Shown here: piece after piece, positions 35,136-49,153 of the stretch | How positions within the stretch are numbered: the stretch's first letter is position 1 | Layout: every line of letters starts with the position of its first letter | Source: Octopus bimaculoides | Lineage: Eukaryota | Reading direction: 5' to 3' | DNA length: 64,000 nucleotides | Assembly (NCBI RefSeq): GCF_001194135.2 | Contig: NC_068988.1 | Span: 83,408,234-83,472,233, forward strand | The notes under the pieces: generated by a model | What the model was told of the DNA's origin: nothing | Seen by the model: the letters and a program-made list of their open reading frames with translations, nothing else | Database searches by the model: none | Program-made: the position numbers and the translations under genes

Positions 35136-37284
35136 GCCATAAATTTTGAGGGAAGATACAGATGATTATATTGACACTTAACATCTATTTTATTGATCCC
35201 AGAAAAATAAGTCAGCAGTTTTTTTTATTTTCTTAATAAAAATTAATAGCTAATGTTTGAAGTTAAATCTGATCTGCACACTAAATCAAGATGGAACATC
35301 TTGCTAGCTTAGACATTAACCCTTCTATTACCATATTTCTGTTGAAACACTCTACTTTTGTTTTAATTAGTTTTGAAAATAATGAAGGATTTAATAAAAT
35401 AATTAATTATTAAGCTAGTGTTTGAAACACAAATTAACATTAACTTTTTATGTAAAATTTTTAAATTTCAATTACTTTAAAGCAGGAAGTTTATATCATA
35501 GATCTAAAGGTGGTCTCGAGTGAATTGTTATCAAGAGTTTAGTGATAGTGAAAATAACTAAGTCTGACCCAGCTAATTTAAGAAGTGATTTCTAGATGAA
35601 ATATTTGCTGGCCTATATTGAGGTGAGTACTTAGACCTGCAGATAAACATTTTCAGCTGCTAGCATGCATGTTCAGTAAGCTATACCTATTTAACTCCTG
35701 TCCACCAAGCTTTGTCTTAATTTTTGTCAGTAGTTTTGTTACTCTCTGCTCTCATATTATTTATAAATGTACCCTTTAGCTAAAAGTTGTTTTTTTTTCT
35801 TCTTTTTTTTTAATATTTTCTAAAATGCTATACATAGATAAATTTTCTTTGCTGGTGTCACATTAAAAGCTCTCAGTCCATTCTGTGGGGTGATTGGTGT
35901 TAGGAAGGGCATCCAGCCATAAAAACCATGCCAAACAGACACAGAAGTCTGGTGCAGTCTTCTGCCTGGCTAGCTCCTCTCAAATCCAACCCATGCCAGC
36001 ATGGAAGGCAAATGTTAAATGATGATGATCAAATAGTTTTAAGAGATAGCCTAATACCTTGTTAATGTATTAAATGTGAGTTTGTTTTATCAAAACTCTG
36101 AAACTTTTCTTTATTGCTTGGTGGTAGAAGGCTTCCAAGGCCATGTATCCATGTTTTGGGTGATTTACATCTCTTAACAAAGTTTTAATTAAAAGTTAAT
36201 CTACAACATTGAAGACAAGTGATTCTAAAGAACACTTTACTGTAAGTTACAGGCTTTTTCTTTATCTAAACCAGTGTGTTGGCCAGTCAGGCAGTGAGCA
36301 ATAGCGTGGTAGCCTTAGTGTTGGAAATAAGACTATAAGAGCTAAGCAACATGCATAGAAGGAGTAGCAAAACCTGGGTAGCAATGAACAATACGAATAA
36401 ACTTGATGGTTAGCGATAAAACAGGGCTTAGTTAGCCAAGAGAAAGTTAGTTTGAGAGGCTTGCAGTGTTGGGAGTTGCAAGGACATGGAATGTCATTGT
36501 TTGAGAAGTGTATTTAAATGATACAGTCACTCTTGGTTTCTAAAATAATATTTGGTGGAAGACATGGAAATGTCATTATGAGAAGTAAGTCTGTAGAGGT
36601 TAATCCATAGTGATGAGATAACATGAAAAAGATGAAAGCTGTAGAAGTTATCAGAGATTGTTGCTGAGATTGTGAAAATATCAGGTTGTGTAGAATCTAT
36701 TTTAAGTACTTAGGTAATGAGAGGTCCTTATCCTCTGTGATTAGTATAACAGTATCGACATAAACTGAGACAAGGGCAAAGGAGAGGCTTTAGAGAAAGG
36801 TATTACAGAGACTTAAGTGTGAAAATAGTAATGAAAGGGAGTTGGTGTGGTTAATACAAGACAATAGAATTAGATTTATGCCTGAACATGGATCCACAGC
36901 TACCTTGTTTCCAGTGAAACTCTTGCAAGAAAAATTAAGAGCAAATAAACTAAAAACAAAATTTCTCATTCATTTGTTTATTGAAGATAGCATTTAATAG
37001 AGATCCATGTCTTGTGGGTGTGTGGTAAGTAGTTTGCTACCCAACCACATGGTTTTAGGTTCAGTCCTACTGCATGTCACCTTGACCAAATGTCTTCTAC
37101 CATAGCTCAGGCTGACCAAAGCCTTATGAGTGGATTTGGTTGATGGAAACTGAAAGAAGCCTGTTGTATGAGTGTGTGCATGTGTGTGTGTATGTATGTG
37201 TATATATGTATGAACGTAACACGTACGTATGTATGTATGTATGNNNNNNNNNNNNNNNNNNNNNNNNNNNNNNNNNNNNNNNNN

Positions 37285-37352
<68 letters not shown>

Positions 37353-37719
37353 GTGTATTAATAACAATAAAGAGAACAGAGACTTGTACATCATCATCAC
37401 CATCGTCGTTGTTTAACGTCTGATTTCCATGCTGGCATGGGTTGGATGGTTTGATTCAGGGCTGGCAAGCCAGAAGGCTACACTAGGCTCCAGTCCGATC
37501 TGGCAGAGTTTCTACAGCTGGATGCCCTTCCTAACGCCAACCACTCTGAGAGTGTAGTGGGTGCTTTTTACGTGCCGCTGGCACAAGGGCCAGTCAGGTG
37601 GTGACAACCATACTCGACTGGTGCTTTATACATGCCACTGGCATGGGACCCGTCAGCTGGCACTGGCATCGACCATGCTCGAATGGTGCGTTTTACGTGC
37701 CACTATCACGGGAGCTATT

Positions 37720-37857
37720 ACAGCATATTATAATGACTTGTATATGTTTCTGCTGTACATGTTTCCACTGCAGCAACTACTGACTGTTGCAAATGCATTT
37801 GCAACAGTGAGTAGTCGCGGCAGTGGAAACATGTGCAGGTCGTTATAAAATGCTGTA
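37720..37857. repeat. Near-perfect zero-spacer palindrome
   Basis: Centre TTGCAAATG|CATTTGCAA at 37795/37796. Arm CATGTTTCCACTGC pairs with GCAGTGGAAACATG. Confidence 0.9.
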
Positions 37858-39391
37858 TATAACTGTAAAATAAATTTTATGGATGTACAAGTGTCCATAT
37901 TTTTTCTTATTATTAATATATACTCCAGACAATTTTTACTATCCAACAAAGAATACACGGAATTACCCATCAGAAGAATTCAGAGAGTGACTAATAACTA
38001 ATTGTAGTCACAGACATTGAATACTGATCGTTGTGGTTAACTAGAACTTAAATAAGAGCTAATACAATATCCACCCAGATAATATATCCCTCCAAACTCA
38101 CTTTATAAATATATATATATATGTAATATATTATAATGTGTGTATTTGTCTCCTACTACCACTTGACAACCAGTGATGGTGTGTTTACATCTCCATAACT
38201 TAATGGTTCAGGAAAAGAGACCAAAAGTGCCAGGTTTAAAAAACTAAAATTCTCCAGGGCAATGTCCCAACATTGTCACAGTTTAATGACTGAAACAAGT
38301 CAAAGATAAAAGAAAGGACATGAATGATTTATTGACATCATATATAAAGATGGTACTGTTAGGATGTGATTCTGCTGCAAATTCAGTAAATAATTATTTT
38401 TGTTTAACCCAAGGAAAACCCAACCGGGCAGATTTATGATCAAAAGTGTTCCAAACAGGTCCATTTTGTCTTTTTCTTTTTTTATAGGTACAGTTTATTT
38501 AGGATTTCATCCAATGTGTGTCTTTTTTTTTTTTTTTTTTTTAAAGCTAGTAGGGTGTGATTTGATGGAGATTTTGTTGCTATTTCTAGATCAACTGAAT
38601 GGCATAGTCTCTCTTGTTGACTTTATTTCATCATAAGTTAAATATATCTGAACAAGATGGTGACTGGGCTGATCTATTAGTGTACCATTTTTGAGCTAGA
38701 AAGAAACGAGATCTATCTCTTTCACAATATCTATATTTAACTAATAACACTCTTCTTCCTTTTGCATCTCATGAAAATTTTTTTTTTTTATACATCATTA
38801 ATATAGAAGCATCAGCAGTCTCAGTCTCCAAGGGTTTAATTAAAAACTAGATTTTCTTTTATTTTTCAATATTTTAATCTTTCTCATTTTCATTTCAGAA
38901 TTCCTTTGGGAGTTTGTAAATATTTTCACAGTTGTTATCTCCTTGGTGTTTCAGGTTCATCAAAAGTTTCAGTATAGAATAACAGTTGTTAGTGTGTGCT
39001 CTATTTATATACTGTTTATTAGCTATTGCCTATTGTAATGAGTGGAGTGTAAAACTGGTTCCACCTCTTATGTAAAGCATCCAACTGTGAAAAAAAAAAA
39101 AAAAAAAAAAAATTGTCAAAATAAACATGGCCATTTTACATCCATTTTTCTATGATTTTATGGTTGAAATGATTTGTTAGATTAATTGTTCTTACGGCCA
39201 GATACTTTTCCTATCACTCAGTATTCAAGTATGAAATAGATCTTTTTTCCCTTCATTCAAATAGAGGGGGAAAAAAAAGATACCTTATTCATACACTACA
39301 CTATGTGTAGCAAGAAAGCGATAAAAACATGGCCGTGTGGTCAGTGAACCAGCATCATGTATATTTAGTTTAGCATCAACACTATTTTTAG

Positions 39392-39612
39392 CCCTTTAGT
39401 ATTTACACCAGCCATATCGGGCCCTAATAATTTACCTGTTTTATATACAAACTGGCCATATCAGGCCTTTCACACCTACTCTACAATGTCATTTTAAAAC
39501 TAAACAGCCACATCATCAAAATCTCCAGATTACAAGATAATGCCTGATTAATTCCAAAATAATTTTAATGAATAAACATTACATCTGACAGAGTAATCTG
39601 AATACTAAAGGG
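39392..39612. mobile_element. piggyBac-type MITE, family 1
   Basis: CCCTTTAGTATT...AATACTAAAGGG termini with TTAG/TTAA flanks. A decayed copy lies at about 57460-57676. Confidence 0.72.
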
Positions 39613-39616
39613 TTAA

Positions 39617-39809
39617 TCCTTTGTCATATTTCTGTTGAAATACTCTACCTTTGTTTCAATTAAATTGTTCATTATTTTCAAAATTAATAAAATAACTGTA
39701 CTTATTGAGCTAGTGTTTGGCACATGAAGTAACATAATTTTGATTGCTTTAAAACAGATAATTTGTTTTGGAACCAGAGGCAGTCTCAGGCAGGGAGGTT
39801 TGGAAAGGG
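39617..39809. mobile_element. piggyBac-type MITE, family 2
   Basis: Bounded by TTAA at 39613-39616 and 39810-39813 and ends AAAGGG. Related copies at about 35320-35538 and a fragment at about 45535. Confidence 0.65.
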
Positions 39810-39991
39810 TTAAATGTAAAGGACATATTGAAAACGAACTCCACAAGTGATTGCCTGCATCTACATTTTGTTTAAATCCTACATTAATCATCATAGTGTG
39901 TGTGTAATGTTATGTTATGTATGTATGTGTAATTTTATGCATACCTCTTCAATCTCAGTATAATGTGTGTTTTCTCAAACTCTTGTTTCAG

Positions 39992-40151
39992 AATCAGACA
40001 ATACCTTCTCGCGCAAACATCCTGTATGCTGTTGGTTGTCTTGTATGCTGACCTGTTTCGCTGGGAGCATTCTTGCTAACTTGTTACTTGGAGAAGCCTG
40101 CTTGATACCATTTAAAAACCACACAGATATCCTAACAGCCACAGCAGTATG
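39992..40151 (+). CDS. TMEM38: TMEM38 coding exon 2
   Basis: Acceptor tttcag. Reads (E)SDNTFSRKHPVCCWLSCMLTCFAGSILANLLLGE...TATAV(W), containing the TRIC RKHP motif. Donor TG|GTAAAT. Phase 1 in, phase 2 out. Confidence 0.95.
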
Positions 40152-40618
40152 GTAAATGGAAATTTTGTTTACTTTTCAGCAGCATGTGGAGTTGTGAGCA
40201 GTGGTTGGGATGTCAGGTCTTTACTGTATAGCTGTAATGATTTAGAGTCAGAGAGAGACTACATGTAGCTTGCTGGAACAATCCTTAAAAATCTCACTAA
40301 CTGTTCCCCTTTTATATTTTGATCCTTTCTCTTTATTATTCTTATAACATACCTTCCTATTTATATTTTCCACCCCTCCTTAACAAGAGGGTTATACATA
40401 TCTGCATCATCATTGTTTTAATGTTTACTTTTCCATGCTTGCATGGGTCAAATGGAATTTGTTGAGGTAGATTTTCTATAGCCAAATGCCTTCCTGTTGC
40501 CAACTCACACCTGTTTCCTAGCAAGATATTTTTATGGAATATTGAAAACAAAGAACACCTTGAGTGGCAGTGACTCTCATTCACAACAATCATACAGTCA
40601 AGACAAGGAAAACACACA

Positions 40619-40619
<1 letters not shown>

Positions 40620-40715
<96 letters not shown>
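40620..40715. repeat. Long (CT)n microsatellite
   Basis: Direct inspection. Many other (TA)n/(CA)n tracts occur, e.g. 11740-11925, 23990-24065, 37200-37350 and 54214-54345. Confidence 0.95.
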
Positions 40716-40717
<2 letters not shown>

Positions 40718-42536
40718 AAATCCACTCACAAGGCTTTAGTTGACATGGGGCTATTGTAAATATTTATTCAACTGTCACGCAGTGGAACTGAACTTGAAAA
40801 CATGTGATTATGAAGTGGATTTCTTAACCACACAACCCTATCTGCACCTAAAACTACCTTTGTTCATAACCACCTCTTTTTCTAACTACCATTCACATCC
40901 ATTACTGTTCGCTAACACAACATAAAAATGAATTAGCTGAACATAGGAAAAGATCTAGAGCTATTTGTCTGTGTTTGTGAAATTTGGGGATGTATGACTG
41001 TATTTTACACTAGTATATGGTGGGGTTAAGTTACAAAAGATGTAAATAAACTTAGCAAATCCAAGCTGAGGTCCCAGTGACAGTTTGGCTCTTCTAGTTC
41101 TTACAATTTCTGGTAGCTTCTACTTTTGTCTTCACCAGATATACTGTTACATTCCTCTGGATAATGAAAAGGGCAGCCAATAAGGTTATTTAAGCATCAA
41201 ACAACACTGGTTGTTCTAGAACAAAAAATTTCTAAAACTTTTAGATAAATCAAATTTAACTCATAAGAATGTTTTAGTTTTGCTCTCAGTAAGATCAACA
41301 AACGCAACAAAAAAACAAATCCTGCTAAATATAACTAACAGAGAGCTACACTGAGTCCATTGTTTCTGACAACAATTCTTAGTCAAGTTAAACATTTCTT
41401 TTGATAAGGTTTCATTAATAATTGAAAATGAATTTGAGAAGTTACAAACCTGCAAACCAGTTTAAAGTATACCATCATGTTTTTTTTTCTACAGCTGTCA
41501 AAATGAAGTTTTGAACCTCATTTCAGTGTCATGGTAATAGGGGCAGGTGCTCCCAGACACAGGTTGTGAAAGCATGCAAAACTTCTTGTTACTGTGTGGT
41601 GCAAAAATTGCCATGGTCCAAGGTACTGAGGACTCTTAATTATACCACTGTCTTGATCTTACTGGTTTGTGAGGAACTAGAAAGGTTATGGGCACAGCCC
41701 TTTTCTCCCACATCAAGCTATTAAAAAATAATGTATGGCAGGAAATCCTGGAGTCTTTGCACCAGCATATTAACTTTCCATTTGTGTTTCCTTTCCCAAA
41801 TCCTTAGAATCTCTGGGAGAGAAAAATCAACTAACAGTTAATTATTTTGCTGCAATATCTCATCTGTACAGAACTTGTTGAAGCAGTTGGTTTGGATATG
41901 TCTGCTATATGAATGATTCAAGCATCCTTAGCATTTAATATTTTTAGTGAAATTTCAACCAGAAAAGCTTTTATTATTGCTTTACATTCGGCAATCTTTT
42001 TTTTTTTTTTAAAGTCTGCCGGAAATGAAGATTGGCTTGAAAAGGTGGACAGATGCTTGGAACATAGTGATCATAGGTCACCTTGTTCTAGGTAGATTTT
42101 GATCTAACAACTACATTACAAAGAATGAAAGAAGAAAAACAAAAGATGATATTTATTAAATTGATAGACAAATAGAGAAAAAACACTGGGCTACAGACTC
42201 CTGAAATATTTTCAATTTCTACAAAAATATTGTCTATTTCTAAGAGACGTAATGGGTGTGAAATTAAGATGTTGGATTATTGACCACATTGTCTAGAGTT
42301 CAAAACTTACAGCAGCCATTCAGTTAGCTCTCTAAGCTTGGCATGTTCCTCTATAAACCCCAGTTTGCCCTGACGGACAAAAATCAGGTTCTTCTGCTTC
42401 ATAGTTGAGTGTGGTTAGTAGTAACTAACAATAGCATCCAGTCGTGTAAACAATTGCTTCAACAACAAAAAGAACCCATTTCATCTATGATTACTTGAAA
42501 CATAAGATATAAACAGTAAAACCCAGAGGGAGTACA

Positions 42537-42577
<41 letters not shown>

Positions 42578-42879
42578 CGTGTGTTATTCACCATTCACCT
42601 CTGTGCAACACTGACTTCTGCCAAATAGTGTGTTATCACAAAACAAGTAATCAAAGAAATCAGTTGGTTAAATTCAAGGCATTGTTTGTAATGTGTGTAT
42701 GTGCACATGGGCAGGAGGGGGTGGTAAGTTATGAGAAATACACTTGAACTTAGCACATAGCTATGATAAAAGCCATAACTGGGATGGGAGCGGGGGTAGC
42801 ATTGTAAACTCACAACAGGTATTCATTAAGCAAGAGATGTTCTACTACTCATTAGTAGGTACTTTACCTATGATATCAC

Positions 42880-43270
42880 TGTAACATTGTACCTACTCTG
42901 CACAAATATTGTCTGTACTTGTATTCATGGCATTGCTGCATGGCTGTACTTAGTCTATCTGCAACCTTGCTATATGGTTATACCTGGTCTGTCTGTCATG
43001 TTTCATGGTTGTGCTTAGTTTGTCTGTTGTAAAATAGCTCCCCAGTTGTACGTAGTGTCTGTGACTTGCTACATATGGGTGCTTTGCCTGTGACATCATT
43101 GCATCATTGTACCTAGTGTGCGTCTGATATCACTACATGTGCCTGTACCTATATTTATGACATTGCTACATAGTTGTATCTAGTTTGTCTGTTGTAACAT
43201 AGCTACACAATTTTACCTTGTGTGTCTATGATATTGCTACCTGGTTGTACCAGGTTTGTCTGTTACATAA
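42880..43270. repeat. Degenerate minisatellite, unit about 34 bp
   Basis: Recurrent GACATTGCTACAT.GTTGTACCTAGTTTGTCTGT-like unit. Confidence 0.65.
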
Positions 43271-44254
43271 TTAAACATCTATATCTTGTAATTTATTACT
43301 CTATTGCCACCCATTACTATCACCTTTATCTCATCAATTTGCCTTTTTTCATCATACACTTGCTCTTTCCACCCACCCACCTTTACCTCCTCTACTTTTG
43401 CTGATCATTCTCTTGTCACCACCCTTACATGTCCATACCTTCTTCACATCATACTCTTCTTCCTTTGACCTTTCCACTCATTCTTCTGGTCCTTCTGATG
43501 TCATTCATCTCTGTCTGTCTCTCTTCCTCACAAAAATCCATTTCTGACCTTTCTGTTGTCATTGTACTCTGTTGTTTACACAATAGTGGTTAACTGTATG
43601 AACAGAGAAAGTGAGGTTATGAGATTCCCCTTGTCCTGTCTCACTGAGGGCTATTCAACCTCTTTAGTGTTGGTACCACAAGAAAAAAAGGCACCCAGTA
43701 CACTCTGTAAAGTGGTTGGCATTAAAGGCTTCCAGCTGTAGAACCAAGCCATATGACTTGTATGAGCAATGATACTTTGGGGGCTGTAGTTATGTGGCTT
43801 ACTGTGACAACCCATCCAACCCATGCCAGCATGGAAAGCAGATGTAAAATGATGATATAGTTAATACTTACTTGTAAGAGTTGTTCAGCTATTCTGTTCT
43901 GTTAATATTAAATGTTACCTAATTTGGGTTACCATGTCCAAGGGTTGACATTTTTTTTTTTTTTGGTATTTATGGTGATTGTCAGTTAGGTCAAGTTGTT
44001 TCCAGCACTTGGACCATGATTCTATATGACCCTAAATCAAACTGTTCCCTGCAGCTTTCTTCTTATCCCACCCCCTGCTAATGTACCTAGATCTCTGTCA
44101 CCTTCTCTGCCATCTTAATCTTACTGTCAGTTTGTTTATCTATCCTGTTCCTTGTTCAACTGTCTCTCTCTCCCACTCTTGCTCTGTTCCCTACCTCACC
44201 CCTACTCTTTTTTACTCTCTCCTCTTATACCTCTTCTCTTATTGTTCTCTCCCT

Positions 44255-44290
<36 letters not shown>

Positions 44291-45904
44291 GCACAAAATC
44301 CCCCACCCCCGTCTACTATCTCTGTTATCTGATACCTTTACATTCCAATATGTATTCGGTAATACTATACTAGTAGCTACTCTCTAATCTAACACATTCC
44401 TACTGCATAGTGGTGGTTGTGGTGGAGTCAGTGTTGGTAGGTTGATGGTAGCAGCAGCAGTATTGATGTTTGCTGATGTTAGCAGCATAAAGCAGTACCA
44501 TATCATTTGGTATTATGCACTACTGTACAACATACAGAGTAACATCATTACCTGATACTGTTCTATAGTGTACGATGTAGTACAATGCTAGTTGGTGGTG
44601 TTGTATACAATATAGTACAGTACTATGTTCACCTTGATAGCTGAGGATCAGGGGCCTCAAACACAACCATTATTCCTCACCACACACTACAGTAGTCTTG
44701 TGCTATATTCATACATTCTCCCAAGATCATCTCTGTCCAGTCTTTGATGTCATTGCTCCATCTATGTCTTTGTTACCTACGGGTTTGTTATCCATGCTTG
44801 TAAGGATGTGAGCACAGAAGTTCTGAGCTCTGATAACATAGCCAAACTACAGCATACACAAGACTGTACTCTTCTGTAGTTTACAATGTAGTACACTACT
44901 ATTTATGTGGTGCATGGGTCCACAGAGGTCTTGGCATGCTCACATCACCTGGGGGTACAAGATAGCATTTCATGGGGTATGACAGAGAGGGAAACTATAT
45001 ACTTCATTCAATCACTTTTCTGAATAGAATTATTAAATTACTCTAAGAAATACCTTTGTTGTTTTAAGCACAGAGAAAACTTTATTATTTCACTGTACAG
45101 TATGCAGTTGAATTATAAAAATAAATAGTTATTACAAAATCAACTTTTTCATTTTCAAATGGTGGTTTATGAAAATTAATTTTGGTGGTTTATGAAAATT
45201 AATTGAACATTTTCTTGGAGTGTGTGACATAGAAAAGGTTTTGAATTGCTGATGTAGTGTATAGTCTTGAACTGTGTCTGAGTCAAACAATCGTTATACA
45301 TTGATTCAATTACATCATTGTAGAGTATTCTCATTGTAAGACCTTAAAAAATATTAAATTTCTTTTATTCTTTAATAGTGTCTTATACTGTAATGTATCA
45401 GAAAGTTATTTTAAACTTCTGTGGCCTAATTACAGGCACAATTCCACTGTAGGGGAATTGCATTAGTGTCTCGATCACAGAAGTACAGTATATAAACAAA
45501 CAAGCGATTATGTAATGATTTTTGTGTGTGTTCAACCTTTTCATTACCATATTTCTGTTGAAGTACACTGTCTTTATCCCTCCAGCCATTCATCTTCTCT
45601 GTCCACTATTCCTGGTGTGGGTGGAGTCTGCAAGTACCTCCTCTATAGGGTCCTACCACAAACAACTGTCATTACACTTTCCAACTGGATTCCCAAGGTA
45701 ACCAACTGATTAGACTATGGATATTATCCAACTGTCTTCTTTTTCGTTTATCCCTTGGTCTCCTGCTGATTGGCTCAGTTTGAAGAATTTATCTTGCAGT
45801 TCTTTCCTTTGACATTCTAATCACATGTATGTTTTAGTGGAGAGATAGCAGCTCAACCTGGAGAGATTGCCTGACTCCAAGCCATACACCCTGTTGAATA
45901 ACAT

Positions 45905-46924
45905 TACTCTAGAGTTGCTTTAGAGGAACCCCATTTTAGCTACTTGTATTTGCGATTATACTCCTTCAAACTGGACGTAGTTGATAGCTTCCGATATCTG
46001 GGTGACCAAGTTAGTAGTGGGGGAGGGTGCGCTGAAAGTGTATCTGCTGAGGACATGTGTAAGCTCGCAAGGAATGAAGCCAGTATACTCCGATGGATGT
46101 GTAATGTCAGTGTGCATACTCGACAGAGTGTAAGTATCTTGAGAGAAAAGTTGAACTTAAGAAGCATCAGTTGTGGTGTGCGAGAGAGACGATTGCACTG
46201 GTATGGTCATGTGGCGAGAATGGATGAGGATAGCTGTGTGGAAAAGTGCCACACCCTAGTGGTTGAGGGAACCCGTGCAAAAAGGCAGGCCCAGGAAGAC
46301 CTGGGATGAGGTGATGAAGCAGGACCTCCGAACATTAGGCCTCACCAAGGCAATGAATTGTGACCGAGACCTTTGGAAATATGCTGTGCGTGAGAAGACC
46401 CGACAAGCCAAGTGAGACCAAAATCCAAGGCCTCTGCCAGGGATGTAGCCAGCCCACTTACATGTAACATTCCTTCTTTGGACACTAAACTCCGCTTGCG
46501 AAGAACTGTTGAGGCAAGTGAAATCGAAATCGAATTAAATTTGTAGACTGGCACCCATGTCAACATCTCTTCATTCAACACTAAACTCGGCTTGCGAAGA
46601 CATGTTGGGGCAAGCGAAAGCGAAATCGTGATGGCACCTCTACCAGTAGATCACTAAGAGCACCATCTGAGCATGATCGTTGCCAGAGCACCAGCTGTCT
46701 GGCTTCCATGCCAGGGGCACGTAAATAGCACCATTTGAGCGTGATCGTTTCCAACGTCACTCTCCTGGCACGTGAAAAGATATTCGAGCGAGTTCGTTGC
46801 CAGTACCGCTGGACTGGCTCCTGTGCAGGTGGCACGTAAAATACACCATTTCGCGCGTGGCCGTTGCTAGTACCTCCTGACTGGCCTTCGTGCCGGTGGC
46901 ACATAAAAGCACCCACTACACTCT
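45905..46924 (+). mobile_element. RTE-clade LINE 3' fragment (RT C-terminus and 3' UTR), internally deleted
   Basis: LDVVDSFRYLGDQVSSGGG and SILRWMCNV...RERRLHWYGHVARM...VEGTR are RTE-type C-terminal motifs, followed by a modular 3' UTR. Confidence 0.88.
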
Positions 46925-47279
46925 TTTAATTTAGATCACTTTATAGTGTAGCTCATGTCATAGACCTAGGGGCAGTCATAAGCAGGTTGTTTACCAAAAG
47001 GGTTTATAGCTTACATGACTTTATAACAATGTAATTGTTCCAGTTTTGACACATAATCTCAGTTCAAGTCACTTCCTACCAAGCTATTAAAACTATACTT
47101 GCTTCCCAAATATATAGTTTTGGGGTACAGTCTATTTGAAATTAATTTTGCCATTGCTGTAATACCCAAATGATATAAACTATGGAGAGCACAGAAAACC
47201 TCACACCATTATAAGTGAGTCAGTAGAGTGCAATGGTAATAAACAAAAAAACTAAAGATGATGGTTTTGATGTCCAGAG

Positions 47280-48440
47280 TTATAATAGTTTTTCATTGTC
47301 TGTTTCATCTATAGCAATCTGTTGCAGGTCAATAGCATCAGTGGAATGCAAGGCATTAATATAGACATGAGATAAGGTGTCTGCTGTAGAATTATCAGCA
47401 CCTTTGACATATATCCAAAGTAAATTGTAAAATAGAATGAAAATTGCTGATATTTCTAGGAGAGTATTTATCAATCTAAGAATGCAATGCATGTGTTAGT
47501 GTATATGGCTTATGGTCAGTGTATATAATAAAAGTTCACTCTTTTAAGAAATGTAAAAAATACTTCACAGATAAAAAGCAGCCAATAATTTTCTTCCAAA
47601 AGAATGACTAACAGCTTGTAAGGTGATAGCTGATGACTTTCATGAATTGCACAAAAATTTGACAGGTTATATGCTACAAGTTGCTCTTGTATTGACTAGT
47701 AAACAGTGCTTTGAAATGGTGTCATGGCCAAAAAAGACGCAACAAACTGATTAGTCCATCCAGAGATGTGGTCACAATGAAAACATTCTTTGAGGACTGT
47801 AAGAACACCTAAAAATTCTCCAACCACGAGAATTTGAGTGTCTATGGTATCTTGAAAACCACAACTGCTCAAGCTAATCTGTTAAAGTTTGGATTTTATC
47901 ATCAGTCATGCCAACTCAGAGTATATTGAAGATACAAAAGTGGGCGAATAAGTTTCAATATTACTGGTATTCAGAGGAAATATCCATAATACCATCTGCT
48001 ATCTCCACTAACTGGGTAATTGAACTCTGCTCTCTTAAGTCATTAAAATGGCTTGCACATTTGAATGGAGGCACAAAAAACAAAAGACTTGTTATAACAT
48101 AGATTCTTCAATCTGTCTTCAACCAAACCCTTCATTCTTAATAGGTGAGAAGGCTTTTTATCTCTTAAAACTTCCTTATAAAGAAGTTAGTGAAACCTCT
48201 TCTGTTTTGACGTAGAGATACATCTTAAAATTTTTACTTTCATACTTTGGTAAGATGTGGTGTCAATGGCTGGTGATTAAATCTTTGACTTCATTGCTTA
48301 GGACAGGAGGCAAAATTGTAACTTAAAGGTGAAACTGGTGCATATTGGAAAATATCTTTTTAGCTGTGAAATTGGCTTCAAGCTGAGAAAACCAGATGGA
48401 AGAATTTCCAGTACAGGTAGCAAAGCGAAGGATAGAGCAA
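47280..48440 (-). mobile_element. Heavily decayed Ty3/Gypsy remnant (gag and pol pieces)
   Basis: IWFSQLEANFTAKKI at about 48424-48353 is a gag N-terminal WF.Q.EA.F motif. YVKGADNSTADTLSHVYINAL in the 47280-47492 frame is the end of RNase H (KG..N..AD.LS). Order and strand are consistent. Confidence 0.6.
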
Positions 48441-48968
48441 CCTGTATTGCTCAACTGTTGCACTCCAACACCAGATCAAAAGCCTACGCATCTGGTTTGT
48501 TTGTCTTCAGCTTAAAAATTGCTAACAAGGAAAAGAAATTTAATAGACTTGGAAATTTTTCTCTCTGAAAAAGTAAATTTTTAGTGTGGGCAGTTTAGCT
48601 TAATGGTTCAGAACATCGCGACGCGTAATCATGGAGGTGTGAGTTTGAGTCTCATAGCCGGATGCCAACACTTTTCTCAGCAAAATAGGGGTAGCTTATC
48701 CTGTTCAGGCTATATTATTAGCATTATCCTGCATTTGAGAATTTAAAATCACTTCTTTAACTTTCTAAGACATCTCAACGCTTCTAAAGCAAACTTCGTT
48801 TGTTTATGTTCGTCACATTTTGAATTTAAATTTTTAGATGTTTTAATTTTATTTTATTCAATATATGTGCTGCTTGAGAAGATTATGATATGTATGTGTA
48901 TGTACATATGTTTGTGTATGTGTTTGTATATGTGTGTGAGTGTGTTTATCAACTTTTTTCTATTTCAG

Positions 48969-49153
48969 GTATTTGATATTTTACTCACCATTCGACATAG
49001 TTTACAAACTAGTCAAATTTCTACCATTCAAACTGTGCATTGGAACTCTAAAGGAAACTCAGAGAGCTCACAAAGTTTACCATGGTGTCACCTACACAGC
49101 CAAACTCTTCCCACATGCCTACCTACTTATTGTAATAATTGGTACTGTTAAAG
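48969..49153 (+). CDS. TMEM38: TMEM38 coding exon 3
   Basis: Acceptor tttcag. Reads (W)YLIFYSPFDIVYKLVKFLP...KETQRAHKVYHGV...IGTVK(G), containing the KExxRxxK lipid-binding motif of TRIC channels. Donor G|GTGAGA. Confidence 0.95.
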
